The notes under the pieces were generated by a model that saw nothing but the letters and a program-made list of their open reading frames with translations, was not told the DNA's origin and ran no database searches. Shown in pieces: positions 44,583 to 58,097 of a stretch of DNA of 64,000 nt. Source of the stretch: Octopus vulgaris (lineage: Eukaryota); NCBI GenBank assembly GCA_951406725.2, contig OX597830.1:74400001-74464000 (forward strand), written 5' to 3'. The first letter of the stretch is position 1. Every line of letters starts with the position of its first letter. Made by a program: the position numbers and the translations under genes.

Positions 44583-45119
44583 CCTTGCACGGAATTTATA
44601 TGCACTTAATGCATCACTGCGCGCGTTTCTACAAATCGCATGACTCTTAAGATCATAGCTCGTATTCCTGGAATGATTACAGTGTAATCCACAGTATCAA
44701 TGGTCATCCGGTTGATCGCCATCTTTGATTCATTTTTTTCAGCTGATATCACATAATTTGATGTACAACAAATGGATGCTTATCCTCTTTTACCTCTATG
44801 AAGGTCAAGCAAGTTCTGTGGGTATTTCTGTTTGTGGTTGGTGGGAATATTAAACATGTATGTTTGCGTGTGTGTAAATATATAAATATATATATGATAG
44901 TATTGTATATGTGTAAATTTCATACCGTATTTTATTGGAATGTCAGAGGGTTGTAATAAAACCACAGTGTCCTATCTGGGAGCGTTTGTCCCATGCACTC
45001 AATCTCTATATGTAGCACTCTTTGAAACACATGTAACAAGAGATAGAGCAGATAAAAACACATAAGAAATTATGTTGTATTACGAAACAACAGAAAAGAA
45101 AGGAACCATAGTGAATTTC

Positions 45120-45435
45120 TGCGAATGCTGCCTGCCTTCGTCCCTTCGTCCGCTGCCGTCACCGGCGGCGCGCGCAGTGCTCTTTCGGTCGTCGTTGTTT
45201 CTTCAGCGGCGGTCGTCGGGCGCTCACGTCGCGCAGTCGGCCGGCCGGTTTGATGTCGGGGTGTCGCGCGCGTTTGCGACGATGAAAAACCGCCACTTCC
45301 GTAGTTTCCTCGCTCACTCGATGGAGAAGGGATCGGGCCGTCGCCGAGCGGTGGTTCATTATCTGGTGCGAAGCGCGCGGTGCATGTCGAGCGCCTTTGC
45401 GGGCGCCAACGCAGCCGATGCGCGGCCATATTAAA
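45120..45435. other. Isolated GC/CpG-rich island of unknown origin
   Basis: Abrupt switch to CG-dense sequence (ggcggcgcgcgc, ggccggccgg, gtcgcgcgcg) in an otherwise very AT-rich window. Confidence 0.8.
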
Positions 45436-45799
45436 CGTTGATATGGTACCAACTAATGCTACATATAAAGCTATTCAAAATAGTTACATGCACTACATAA
45501 AGTGCACCAGAATCTCAAAATAGAATATATAAGTCAGCCTTAAAGATACAGAAGTATTAATTAAATTTGATCAGCACAACACTTTAGTCTTAATGGCAGA
45601 CTTCAATGTATACTGTGTTAGAAGGCTTGAAGGCCATTTCTCTCAAGAATGACTGAACGTGAAGAAAATCAAACAAAATCCATGTTCCTCAGCCCCGAAA
45701 TGCTGTTGATGGAATGAGCAGTAATCCTGTGGATGATAACAAAATATATTCTGGATTTCTGCTTCATGTATAATATGATACTTTGTGGACTACCATGGT

Positions 45800-46039
45800 C
45801 TTCCCTCAAACGCAGCATGGATTCACGCCACTTGCTTCTCCAAAACTCATGATCGTCCTCAACTTTTTTCCTTTACACAGACACCCACTCTTCTGAAACT
45901 GTTGAAACCACCGTAGAATTTTCTGAGGAGAGGGCGGATTAATGTCGAATCACCTTCGAAAATCAGGCTGGACCGTGACAACCGAATTTGTTTTCGCGAA
46001 CTTGAGAACGCAGAACGCCTTTTGCTGAGGACTTGCCAT
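45800..46039 (-). pseudogene. Tc1/mariner-superfamily transposase N-terminus (DUF4817-type HTH)
   Basis: MASPQQKAFCVLKFAKTNSVVTVQPDFRR*FDINPPSPQKILRWFQQFQKSGCLCKGK from the ATG at 46039. Confidence 0.85.
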
Positions 46040-46099
46040 TCACAGTGAAGAACGATGCAACTACAGCGCCCTTGTGGCATCCAGTCAAAATTTAGAAAA

Positions 46100-46257
46100 C
46101 TTCGCCGCTACTCACTAGCCTCGATTACCTTAAGCATCGAATAACAACTGTGATCAACTCAGTGGATGATGATATGCTGATACGAGTCTGGTAGGGATTT
46201 TCTTATCGCATCGATGTTGCCCGTGCTGCATGAGGTGGCCACATGGAACACTTGTAA
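46100..46257 (+). pseudogene. C-terminus of the same DUF4817-type transposase family
   Basis: LKHRITTVINSVDDDMLIRVW*GFSYRIDVARAA*GGHMEHL*. Confidence 0.8.
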
Positions 46258-47595
46258 AGAAATAAAAGTTGATTGTGAGTAAATAGATGTGACTTAGCTG
46301 GAGCTTTCAATTGCTTTCCCTGCGTAATGAAATCGGTTCATTCTTTTTGAGTAATCCTGAATAATCTATGTGTTTTGTTTATATGCCTATTTGCTGTGGT
46401 GAAGCATCCTAGGAAACGTGCCTTCTTGACGCCACGTATTAAAAAAAAAATAACCACTAAATGTCTCAGACCAGGCGTGACAACTCTCCCCTAATGAACA
46501 AGAAATATGGATATTGATATTTCGCTTTCTTTCTTATCTTCTTTATCGTGCACTCTACTCACCTCGAAACGAACGGAACTTGCGGTCTGACGCATATATG
46601 CAAACAGTGTAAAGTCGCTTTGTTGATTGGCTATAGCGTTGCACAAGTGAAGCAAAATCAAATTACGTATTTATAGAAGGCAGAGGAAAAGCTTAAACTT
46701 TTCCAGACAAAGTTTCTTGACTTAATATGTTGCATTGTCTGTAAAACGGTTTGGATGTAATAAGAGAGAGAGAGAAAGCGACAAAGACAGACATAGAAAG
46801 ATAGAGAAAGAATTTGATTGTCTGTTCTACCATATCACGTAATTTCGTATTTATCTCTGCGTGTGGTTCTTTTGTTTGTTTCAGTTATTTAATTCTTGCC
46901 TTGCTTCATCTAAAAGCGCTTGCCCAAGCGGCGTTTCATCCGCGACCATTTTGTATTATTTATATAGTTTTACATGCTCCAAAGTGTTCTTTCTTTTTCA
47001 TTTTGCAGTGGTGTGGTGGGGTAACGTTTCAGGGACATTCGTTGTCTGTCTTAACAGTACTAGCAACCACGTGAAGGCTCCTGTACTTCCTTAAGTGTGT
47101 GTGTATTTGTCTATGAGTTTGTTTTTTGAATTTATTTCAACGATTAGAAAGTCATTACTTGTATTTTATTACGAATATATCATGTTCATGTTATTTACAA
47201 CCAAGTTAAATAACCCTCACACACATCCGCATACACGCACACACATGCACACATACACACATACACACATACACACACTCGCGTTCATGTCTATAGAGAG
47301 TTACAGATAGTTCCATGCAAGCAGACAAGCTAAAATGCTGTTTTATATACACAGAATCACGCACTCTGACACTGTTTGAAATAGAGAAACAGAATGAAGA
47401 GAAGAGAGAGAGAGAGAGATAGAGAAAGACAGGGAGAGAGACAGAAATATATAGATAGACAGAAAGATAGATAGATTGATAAAGATAGGGAGGGGAAAGG
47501 AGAGAAGGAGAGTTTAACAGAAATACAAGAAGTCAAGGATATACTCATGTTTTACAGGACTTTCTTTCTGAGCGACAGTCTTGTTTATGCGAATG

Positions 47596-47781
47596 CCTTC
47601 TTCTTTTTCTTCTTCTTCTTCTTCTTCTTCTTCTTCTTCTTCTTCTTCTTCTTCTTCTTCTTCTTCTTCTTCTTCTTTTTTTCTTCTTCTTTTTCTTCTT
47701 CTTCTTCTCCATTTAGTAGCATTTATGCTAGTGTCCGCATCACCATCATACCACCACCACCACCACCATCACCACCACCAC

Positions 47782-47848
<67 letters not shown>

Positions 47849-47870
47849 GCTGCTGCTACTACTACTGCTG

Positions 47871-47906
<36 letters not shown>

Positions 47907-47995
47907 ATAATAATAATGATAATAATAATAATACTGCTGCTATGGTAGTAGTAGTAGTAGTAGTGGTAGTAGTAGTAGTAGTAGTACTAGTAGTA
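47596..47995. repeat. Compound (TTC)n/(CAC)n/(CTA)n/(CTG)n/(TAA)n/(TAG)n microsatellite
   Basis: Directly visible. Confidence 0.97.
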
Positions 47996-48422
47996 AATTA
48001 TGCCTCTTAAATTTTCGAAGTTCAAGTGAAGCACATTTTTTTTTTTTTGGTTTTCGCTGATTTCTAAAATGTATGTCACACAGCTGCTGCCAGCTTGTTT
48101 AGGGCGGATCCGTCTAGAATTATTTAAAAATCTAGCTTAACAAATCTTACGACGTCGTACCTCTTTGATGAGAAAGTCCTACTAACTTTCTTCTTACAAC
48201 GCGGAAAGGAGAGAAGGAGAGTTTTTGACGGGATTGAGAAGATAGACGAGAATTCTTAAACATATCAGACAAGCATTCATCGACTTCATCAATAACCATT
48301 TGATAGGGAATGTGACGTTCTTTACCATTACATGAAGTCGAAGTAAAAATTCTAAATCTATATCAAAATCCATTTCGCCTTTGATCTCTCATTCCCGAGA
48401 GCATTTTTTTTTTTTTTATTAA

Positions 48423-49007
48423 CCCCCTTACCCGGCAGAAACGAATATATGCGTTTTGACCGAAATCGTTTTTTTTCTATCTCTGGCGAGTTAACTCGTC
48501 AAAAGATAGACTAGCCAAAATCGACAGCAAACGAGTTCCTTTGTCTATTATAAACTCTTTTTTGACATATACGAGTATATTCGCTCACTTTATACGTCTG
48601 GCAGTGACGATTTCTGCCACCTTTCGCTTGAGTAAGGCATTGAAGAACCGAGTATGATTTAGTCACCTGGAGACAGTCGAAGGGTTGGAAGGCACATTTT
48701 ATGAATAGAAGTATTCACTTTGTTTTTACGTTGTTTTTTTTATACCTTTATATTATAACCCCACCATGTCGATAACCAAATAAAATAACATGATTTTTTG
48801 TAAAAGTAATATGATTTATGAAAAAACCGGTTAACTCGTTTCTGCCCAAAGCGGTAATTTAAAATCAATATTATTGAATTAAAATTCATAATAAATAAGG
48901 TTTGAAATATACCTCGAAATCACCATTCAAAACATAGTAAAATAAAACAATTAAAAAATATGTCTGAAAAAATACATTTATTTTCAAAATAATTGTTGGG
49001 TAAGGGG
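48423..49007. mobile_element. Non-autonomous piggyBac-type element, 585 bp
   Basis: TTAA|cccccttaccc ... gggtaagggg|TTAA. Subterminal inverted motif ggcagaaacga / tcgtttctgcc. Confidence 0.85.
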
Positions 49008-49182
49008 TTAAGGTATTGAAAAACTTGTAAACTAGTGAAACCTAAACTAGAACATTATTGGTTCCTTACAAGAGAATTATTCCGTGTATGAGGTCTACTA
49101 CGTTAGGTTTGTAAGTCTTAAATCTTACAGATACCCTCTTTAAGGCACTGTCGGTCTGGCTGCTTCTCTGTCTCACTGTGGC

Positions 49183-49312
49183 TTATACTTCCTCACCACA
49201 TGATTCTGGGTTCAGTCCCACTACGTCGCACCTAGAGTGTCCTCTAGTATAGCTTTGTGCCAACCAATGCCTCGTGAGTGGATTTGGTAGAGGGAGCTGA
49301 AACAAGACCAGC
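49183..49312 (-). mobile_element. Degenerate SINE family 3 head/core fragment
   Basis: gggttcagtcccact..gtgagtggatttggtaga matches family 3; it reads in the same orientation as the + copies, so the strand call is uncertain. Confidence 0.55.
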
Positions 49313-49315
49313 GTG

Positions 49316-49377
<62 letters not shown>

Positions 49378-50193
49378 AGAATAAGGTGTACGTACGCCGC
49401 TAAAATATATATATATATATATAAATACAAAATGGGACAAGAACGCAAAACATTCAAATAAACGATACAAAAAACACGGACAGGTCATTCGAAGTCTCTA
49501 ATCTTCATTCAAGAACCGGATCAACCTCCCAATTTCGGCTGATTAATCTTGGCCAGCCCCAAGGAAAAACTATGCTACGAGCATTAGATTTCTTGGAAAA
49601 GGGATTGAATATATACGAAACAAGGACAGAAAAACGGACGATGTTACACGAATATAAATACAAAAAAAACCCAAAAATAATACGATGGCGAATACAATCA
49701 TTCTGCGAAGCAGTAATCGTGATTGTTAATCGATCCCGTATTTGATAGATTAAGCTTGTATAGAGACAATATATTTCAGAAAGTCCAGCTTAAACTGAAA
49801 GCCAAGATGTCGAAAGCAAAAGATAGTCATAACAAATACGGGAAGTGAATGCAAAATTCCGGCATGTAGATTGGTGCTAGTAGATGGGCATCACAAGTTA
49901 CACGTGTTCAAGCTATGCTTCGAGGCTGAGTATAATTTTATTCCATCAGAATGAGAAATCATACCTCGCTTCATGGGAGCTACTCTTCTTCTTCTCAATA
50001 GGCCATTATATATATATATATTTTTATCACAGCGATGCATTAAAATGAGTTGTTATTAGAATAAATGTATACGGCTTTCAATGACCCAGATGTATGTCGA
50101 GCAGTAAAACTCGAAGAATTTATTGAGAGTTAGCTGGATGCAAAAAAACCGCATGTATATATAAATATGTGAGTGTATGTCTATATACATACA

Positions 50194-50299
<106 letters not shown>

Positions 50300-50319
50300 A
50301 GATCACAACATACATGTAC

Positions 50320-50605
50320 ACTGTAACATAATTTCTTTTCCTCAACAGGCCCTGCCCTATTTAACATTGTCCCGAGGGAGATCAAAGAGGAAAAGGATCC
50401 CATCAACTTTAAACAGAGTCTGGGTAGATTCCTTCAAAGAATACCAGATAAGCCACCCATATTGGATACAACTCACCCAACAAGAACTCACTACTTGAAT
50501 GGACCATAAACAAAACTTGACTTAAATAGGATTCGAATAATCCTATCAGGTGGTGCTATTTTGTATCGTATTTTATTAAACATATCTAAGTTTATCTAAG
50601 TTTAT
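50320..50605 (+). mobile_element. CR1-like LINE 3' end with (atctaagttt) tandem tail; same family as 63572-64000
   Basis: Reads FSSTGPALFNIVPREIKEEKDPINFKQSLGRFLQRIPDKP. Shares aactcactacttgaatgga..aatcctatcaggtggtgctatt and atctaagtttatctaag with 63572-64000. Confidence 0.7.
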
Positions 50606-50626
50606 TATATATCTATATCTATATCT

Positions 50627-50689
<63 letters not shown>

Positions 50690-51425
50690 TATACACATAT
50701 ATATAATCCAAATGTTTTCAAGACTTCGAAAAAGAAGAAATTGAAAGTAAAGTGCATAAATGCAAAAAAAAAAAGCAAGCATTCATAAATTACCGACGGA
50801 TAGCTTACGGAGAAGTAAGTAATTTTATCACCATGTATAAAAATGTATAGGAATGCGCAATATTTATTAACACCAGAATTGTATAATTTATACAGTCATT
50901 GAAAATTAAAAGATCATATTATTTTTATCAAAACAAGATTAATGAATGTTTTATTATCTTAATTAAATAAAGAAATACATATATAAACCATATCGACATT
51001 AGATTAATGCAGTTTATATGTAGCGATTAAGAAGTAGTAGGCAGACTTTTATTCACATTATATTAAGAAAATTTAATTTGACCTAATAATATATATATAG
51101 AATCATATAATTTTTACAACACCATATTAATACCCTATAAAGCAGTTGCTCTCAATCGAGGTCTTTATGGATCTTAGGGTTCATATGAGATTTTACTGTT
51201 AAAATTGACGTGCAATAAAATGCTTATACTTCTAAAATGCACTAAGTATTTAATATTTTCTAAATAAAATTCTAAATAATACTTTCTGCTCAAGGCAAAG
51301 GATCAGAAATTTTGTGGGAGAAGACTAGAAGTTTACATCGATCCCAATATTTCACTGGTACCATCATTGGAGAGAATTATACCAAAAAATGTAATAGCTG
51401 CAAAGTTTATGAACAAAACGGCTGA

Positions 51426-51840
51426 GGCGCAGGAGTGGCTGTGTGGTAAGTAGCTTGCTAACCAACCACATGGTTCCGGGTTCAGACCCACTGCGTGGCA
51501 TCTTGGGCAAGTGTCTTCTGCTAGAGCCTCGGGCCGACCAAAGCCTTGTGAGTCGATTTGGTAGACGGAAACTGAAAGAAGCCTGTCGTATATATGTATA
51601 TATATGTATTCTGTGTGTATGTTTGTGTGTCTGCGTTTGTTTGTCCCCCTAGCATTGCTTGACAACCGAAGCTGGTGTGCTTACGTCCCCGTTACTTAGC
51701 GGTTCGGCAAAAAGAGGTCCGATAGAATAAGTACTAGGCTTACAAAAATAAGTCCCGGGGTCGATTTGCTCGACCAAAAGCGGTGCTCCAGCATGGCCGC
51801 AGTCAAATGACGGAAAAAAGTAAAAGAGTAAAAGAGAGAG
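51426..51840 (+). mobile_element. SINE family 3, full length
   Basis: ggcgcaggagtggctgtgtggtaag head, CORE-like segment, and tail ggtgctccagcatggccgcagtcaaatga. Confidence 0.9.
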
Positions 51841-51869
51841 AGAGAGAGTAAGTAAGGGAGTGTTGTTCT

Positions 51870-52235
51870 CTGAGGCCAGAGCAACGCTTCAGCACACGAG
51901 TCCTTGGATGTTGTGAGTGACTATGGCTTTGAACTGCTTGATCACTCTACCTATGTTCTTGATTCGTCCTCATATAAACATCCTCTGTCCCTTACCATAA
52001 AAAAAAACGTGTTGCATGGGAATCAGTATCAACGTGATGATGCCGCCGTATTTGCTGTTGATGACGTCATGTCTGTTATTGACGAGCAGGATGAAAGCTT
52101 CTTCATCAATGAGCTTCAACATTGAAGGAAGAAATGTATGGAATTCAAAGGCGACTATGTTGAGAAATAAGCCTCATTTAGTCACATGCTCTGGAAGTAT
52201 CATGATCAACCTATGGAATTTTTAGCCAACATTCA
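51870..52235 (+). mobile_element. Mariner C-terminal remnant plus TIR
   Basis: DYGFELLDHSTY..GNQYQRDD..DEQDESFFI; homologous to 28209-28710. Confidence 0.75.
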
Positions 52236-52243
52236 TATATCTG

Positions 52244-52277
<34 letters not shown>

Positions 52278-52586
52278 TACCTGTCTATGTATGTATATGT
52301 GTGTTTATGTATGTCCTTATAACTGTGTGTGTTTGTGCGTACGTGACGTATATGTGAAATACACACTGACATCTGTGTACGAAGAAACATTTTTATGGCA
52401 ACGGGAAAAGCGCAAACAGTTTATGACCGATATAAACGAAATTCTCGTGGGGCATTAAATAACACAGTTCTTAGACACAATTTCTCATACATATTTACAT
52501 ACCTACATACCTACCCACCTATATACACACACACTCACACATTTCTACACTCATGTATAAGTAGATTAGCAAATAACGGCAATATA

Positions 52587-52650
<64 letters not shown>

Positions 52651-52653
52651 TAT

Positions 52654-52691
<38 letters not shown>

Positions 52692-53255
52692 GTGTATGTG
52701 TGTGTGTGTTTGTGTGTGAGTGGGTGGATGTTTGTGCGTGTGTACATGTAACATAATTCTCTCCCATACACTTACTTCATATACCCTTACTAACACATAC
52801 AGTACAATAAAGAAAAAAAAAAACAACACAGCAAAAGCACAATTTCTTACTGACAGACTCTAAACCTTGTAATTGTTTTCAAGATTGCGTTACCACAGAC
52901 GTATTTCACGATAAAATCTTATGAATTAAAATACCATTTTAAAGTCTTTGACCATTCGGTCAAGTTCAACCAAGTAGAATATATTCATCTCACTCTCCTA
53001 AATAGATTAAGGAGATGGTAATGTATGTGCTGAAGATACAGAAGACTTGCCAAACTTCAATTGGTTCGATGGCTTAGTGTATGACATTCGTTTTTTTTTT
53101 TCTTCTTGTGGTGTCCGTACATACATATGTGTGTGCGTGTGTTTGTGTGTGTGTGTAAAAATATATTTAGAGAAGGATATATGTATACATATGAATATAT
53201 ATATATATATATTGTATACATATTTGTGTTTACATATAGATTATGCACACACGCA

Positions 53256-53300
<45 letters not shown>

Positions 53301-53326
53301 CATATTATATACATATGCATGTATAA

Positions 53327-53357
<31 letters not shown>

Positions 53358-53405
53358 TACATTTACCTATACGCATATATATATTATATACATACACATG
53401 TATAA

Positions 53406-53472
<67 letters not shown>

Positions 53473-53580
53473 TGTATGTATATATATATATACATACATG
53501 GGTAAAATGCCTAAGTGTACAGATTTCATATCATATCTTTGAAGCATAAACGCTGAGGTCGAAAACAAAACCTTATCTAG

Positions 53581-53581
53581 C

Positions 53582-53622
<41 letters not shown>

Positions 53623-53710
53623 AGTGGTGGTGGTGGTGGTGGTAGTGGTGGTCGTGGTGGTCTCAGTAGTGGTGGTGGTCTCAGTAGTGGTGGTAGTGGC
53701 AGCAGCAGCG

Positions 53711-53800
<90 letters not shown>
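53581..53800. repeat. Compound (TAG)n/(GTG)n/(CAG)n microsatellite
   Basis: Directly visible. Confidence 0.97.
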
Positions 53801-54650
53801 ACATGCAAAAATATCAATAATACTTTTAATAATAGTAATAAGGATAAGTATTATGTCAATATAATGGTAGCCCCTGACCCGTGTGGTTATAGTTTTCACA
53901 CTGATGCAATAAAGGGACAGAATCGTCATGTATGATTCTCATCATGAATAAAATTTCCGTTTTTGCCTTTTTTTTACTTACATTCCGTCTCCGTGTGTAA
54001 TTATATAAAAATGCATCACAACACGCGCAAAAGCGCTTACATAGATACATACTCGCACATACATATATATACACACATGCATACACACATATGTACATAC
54101 ATATACATAATATATTCATATGTGTATAAATGTGTGCGTACATCTGAACATATATACTCATGCTTATATATGTGTGTTTGTATGTGCGTGTGTAATATTC
54201 GTGTGTCGTTGTGTATATTTGTGCTCACGTGTATGTATATTTATGAGTGTGTGGGTATTTGAGGACATTTTCCTTCCATGCGTTAAAGCACAACAGGAAA
54301 CATAAATATAGGCATGGTGTAGATTATGGCATATACCACATGAACTTACTGACACAGTAAAATCCCTTACCAAATATAAGCCTAGGCAGTAACATCCCTG
54401 AGAGTTAGACAGATTATTTTCCGCGCAATTTTCCAAATTGAAATTTTTTTATCATCCATACTTTTTCTTTCATCATTCATGCGATACATTAGGCGAAATC
54501 TGGCGTTTCTTCGGCTAGAAATTTTGTGTCCAAGTAAACACCATCACCCTACAAATGCTGCATGATCAAATCCTACCGTAAGAATATTGGACAATTTCAA
54601 TCTCACGGACTGCTATAACGATAAATGAAACAAACACATTATGAGCATAA

Positions 54651-54717
<67 letters not shown>

Positions 54718-54773
54718 TATATGCGTGTGTGCGTATGTTTGTAGATGTATGCATGTATGTATATATGTATGTA

Positions 54774-54808
<35 letters not shown>

Positions 54809-54918
54809 CATAAAGGATCGTGGGTAGGCGAAAACAATGCGAAGTAAATGCAAGATAACTCACAAAAAAACAAATATGTGAATTAATGTTAATTATTAAC
54901 AAGGTAAAAATACACTCA

Positions 54919-54960
<42 letters not shown>

Positions 54961-54982
54961 CACACATACATACACACACACA

Positions 54983-55016
<34 letters not shown>

Positions 55017-55393
55017 GTGCGTGTGTGTATCTATGTATAAATGTATATATATGTATGTATATATATACGTATGTATAAACATCTGTGTGCGTGTGTGTGC
55101 TTCCTTCAAAAGGAGTTGAACTACCAGCTTTGTAAAAAAAAAATTGAATTTTGAGAACAGGTGTCAGGAAACAAAATATCATAAAAATTCTGTAAATGTT
55201 CTTTTCTCTTCTTTCATGAACAAATTGTCTTATTGAACAATCGTAACTTGATGTGTATTTCGAAAAAAGAAACAATGAACATATTCTCTGTCTCCTGACC
55301 ATGATAATATTCTTATACAATGTTCTACTTTCTGTTTAGTCCTATAATATAAATAATTATAATTGTGAAAACAACACTTCCAAGATATGCGTG

Positions 55394-55495
<102 letters not shown>

Positions 55496-55510
55496 ACTAT
55501 CTATCTATCA

Positions 55511-55546
<36 letters not shown>

Positions 55547-55592
55547 ATTTATATATATATATATATTATATATATGCATGCATTTCTATATA

Positions 55593-55638
<46 letters not shown>

Positions 55639-55752
55639 GATATATTTTATAATGTAGGCTAGAGTTTGGGTAGCTAATTTGAGCAGCTGTTTGAGTAGCT
55701 AATTTCACAAACATTGCAGTGTATAATTGGCTGCCATTTGGGACTGGCTTTA

Positions 55753-55788
<36 letters not shown>

Positions 55789-55925
55789 CGGAGATGTACT
55801 TGCATAGCAAGTGACCTGATCTGAGATCGTGTGCTGGAACGAAAAAAATTGCAGCGTGGAAGGTGATTATAAGCCATTTAAGAAACACACAAAAACCATT
55901 AGATTCATTTCAACATTTAAATTTT

Positions 55926-55980
55926 ATTTTGTCAAAATATTTTCGTCGCTTTGAGACCGCGACTTGTTCACTGACAAAAT
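55926..55980 (-). ncRNA. Minimal hammerhead-like motif with swapped G3-C8 core (GUGAACA+A), inside a repeat spanning ~55785-55990
   Basis: Minus strand: attttgtca GTGAACAA gtcgc-ggtctcaaa-gcgac GAAA atat T T tgacaaaat. Confidence 0.6.
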
Positions 55981-56589
55981 TCCGTGCTGCATCTTTTACT
56001 CTTTCTTTTAGTCACTCTCATACCTTCTTTTTTTCTCTCGCCTCTTTTCTTTTTCTCGTTATCCCATTCTCATATTTCTTGGCCCTCTCCTTCTTTAACT
56101 CCCACTTTTCCTCCTCGTTTATCTCTCATGTACCTTTCCCTTTGTCTCGTTAATTATTTCTAATCCATCAATCCCGCTACCCACTACCCCTCTCTCCTCC
56201 TTCTACGTGTTCGGCCAGCTATAATCTTTGTTGCTTGGCCTGACTGCCGACCGCCAATTCCTCTTATGTCCATCTCCTATGTCCTTGTCTTTAGGCTTTC
56301 ACTTTATACACGCCAGCTCAAATAGATTCGTTCTCAGGTATATTCATGTTGTTTGTATTTGTGGTTGTGTACCATGTTCTCCGTTTTTTTTTTTTGCCTT
56401 TGTTACAAACATTCGCTAACTTTCTTACAAAAAAACCTAATGCTCTTAATTTTAGACATTTTGGTGGTGCAATCAGATTGAACAATATCAAGTGAAACTG
56501 CCCGAAACTGTAAGGACATCGGATAACTTGACTGACGAAAGAAGGCCACCCACGACCCGTCCTTTTTCTGCTATCCCTCTAATAGTAAC

Positions 56590-56780
56590 TCCACCAATAG
56601 TAAATCAACAGAAAAATAGTTATGAAGTAGTATCCTATAACAGAACCTTCACGGGTATGCAACATATACCTTGAAGAAACTTTGGAAACAATCACATCTA
56701 GGGAAAACCAGATAAATAGACACTCTGAGATGGTCATATCATATAAGCATAGGAACAAAATATCATTCATGGAAATTTGA
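56590..56780 (+). mobile_element. Penelope-like GIY-YIG endonuclease C-terminal remnant
   Basis: VCNIYLEETLETITSRENQINRHSEMVISYKHRNKISF resembles the PLE C-terminus C.LCLEEK....LN.RSE....C.H.NK. Confidence 0.6.
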
Positions 56781-57595
56781 AAAATATTTTGAAACCAAAT
56801 AGCTAATACACTCGAACAAATAAATGAACATACCAATGTTTAAGCTGATACACACAATACCAAATACAATGGAAATGTCACCATAAGAGGGTAGAATTAA
56901 TCAATTCGGTGGAGAAACCCCAATATAGAGTAGCTGACCTCATGTTCGGATTAAAGAGTGTCAGGTCTTGAATGAAATAGAACAAGGAAATGTACTACTG
57001 TCCTTAAATCTGCTGAATGAATGACCAGCCTTAAAATCTACAGGATAAATAGTAAATAGATCCAAGACCACCACACATACACCTCCATCTCCATATTACT
57101 ACCATTTCTTCCTCTACTACCATCACTTGCCCCCCCACTACCAATTACACAGAGAAATACTCACGTAGCTCTATTGGCCTTCATACTAGCAAAAAGGGAT
57201 AAGCATCCCTCTCTTATTCTTCCACTAATGCAATATCGCCTGATGAAATGAATCAATGATGATGACCTACCGGATAGTGACGGATACTACGAACTATACT
57301 GTACTCATCCTAAGGATATAGACTCTGATGTTATAGTCATGCGACCTGTGGAAACGCTCGTAGCGATGTATTATATATTTATAAATGCCATCCTAGAACT
57401 TATATTACTATATGTATCCTACATTACATCGGTATAACCATGATGCAGCTCCGAAAAAATAATTCACTAGTCAGTATTATTAAACGGTAGCCGGCATAAT
57501 GAAATAGGAGCTTTATTTGCATATCCTTAACGTTACCATAAACGAATTAAAAATATGTATGTATATGTTTATATATGTATATATATGTGTGTATG

Positions 57596-57661
<66 letters not shown>

Positions 57662-58097
57662 TATGTGTGTGTGTACTATAAATTATATATAGGTTACATA
57701 TGCATATATTCGTATATATTTGTAAGTGTGTGTGCATATACAAGCATACATATATCATACACACACTTCCATATACATTCAATATGTAGCTGCGACAACA
57801 TTAATTCTGAGTGCCTTTAAAATATTTCGGTACATTGTGGCTTTCTGTTACATTTCAACGTATAATGAGGTTTTGTGCTATTTACAGAAACGCTAATATC
57901 TTCATTTTAAAGGATAATGGAATGGCCAAAATGGTAGAATGCCAGGATAAGCATTTCGTTGTTCTTTTCTTTGTCACATTATATCCCTCCGAGGTTCTCT
58001 TTGGCTTTCATCAACGAAGAATCAATAGATTAGTTCCTAAGGCTTTACTCATAAAAATGATGCCATTTTCAAATTTGAAAGAAATGAATAAAAGAAA

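Noticed and set aside
45070-45452. Protein-coding gene in the GC island
   Set aside because: Three overlapping R/A/P-rich ORFs are expected from high GC content; no domain is recognisable.
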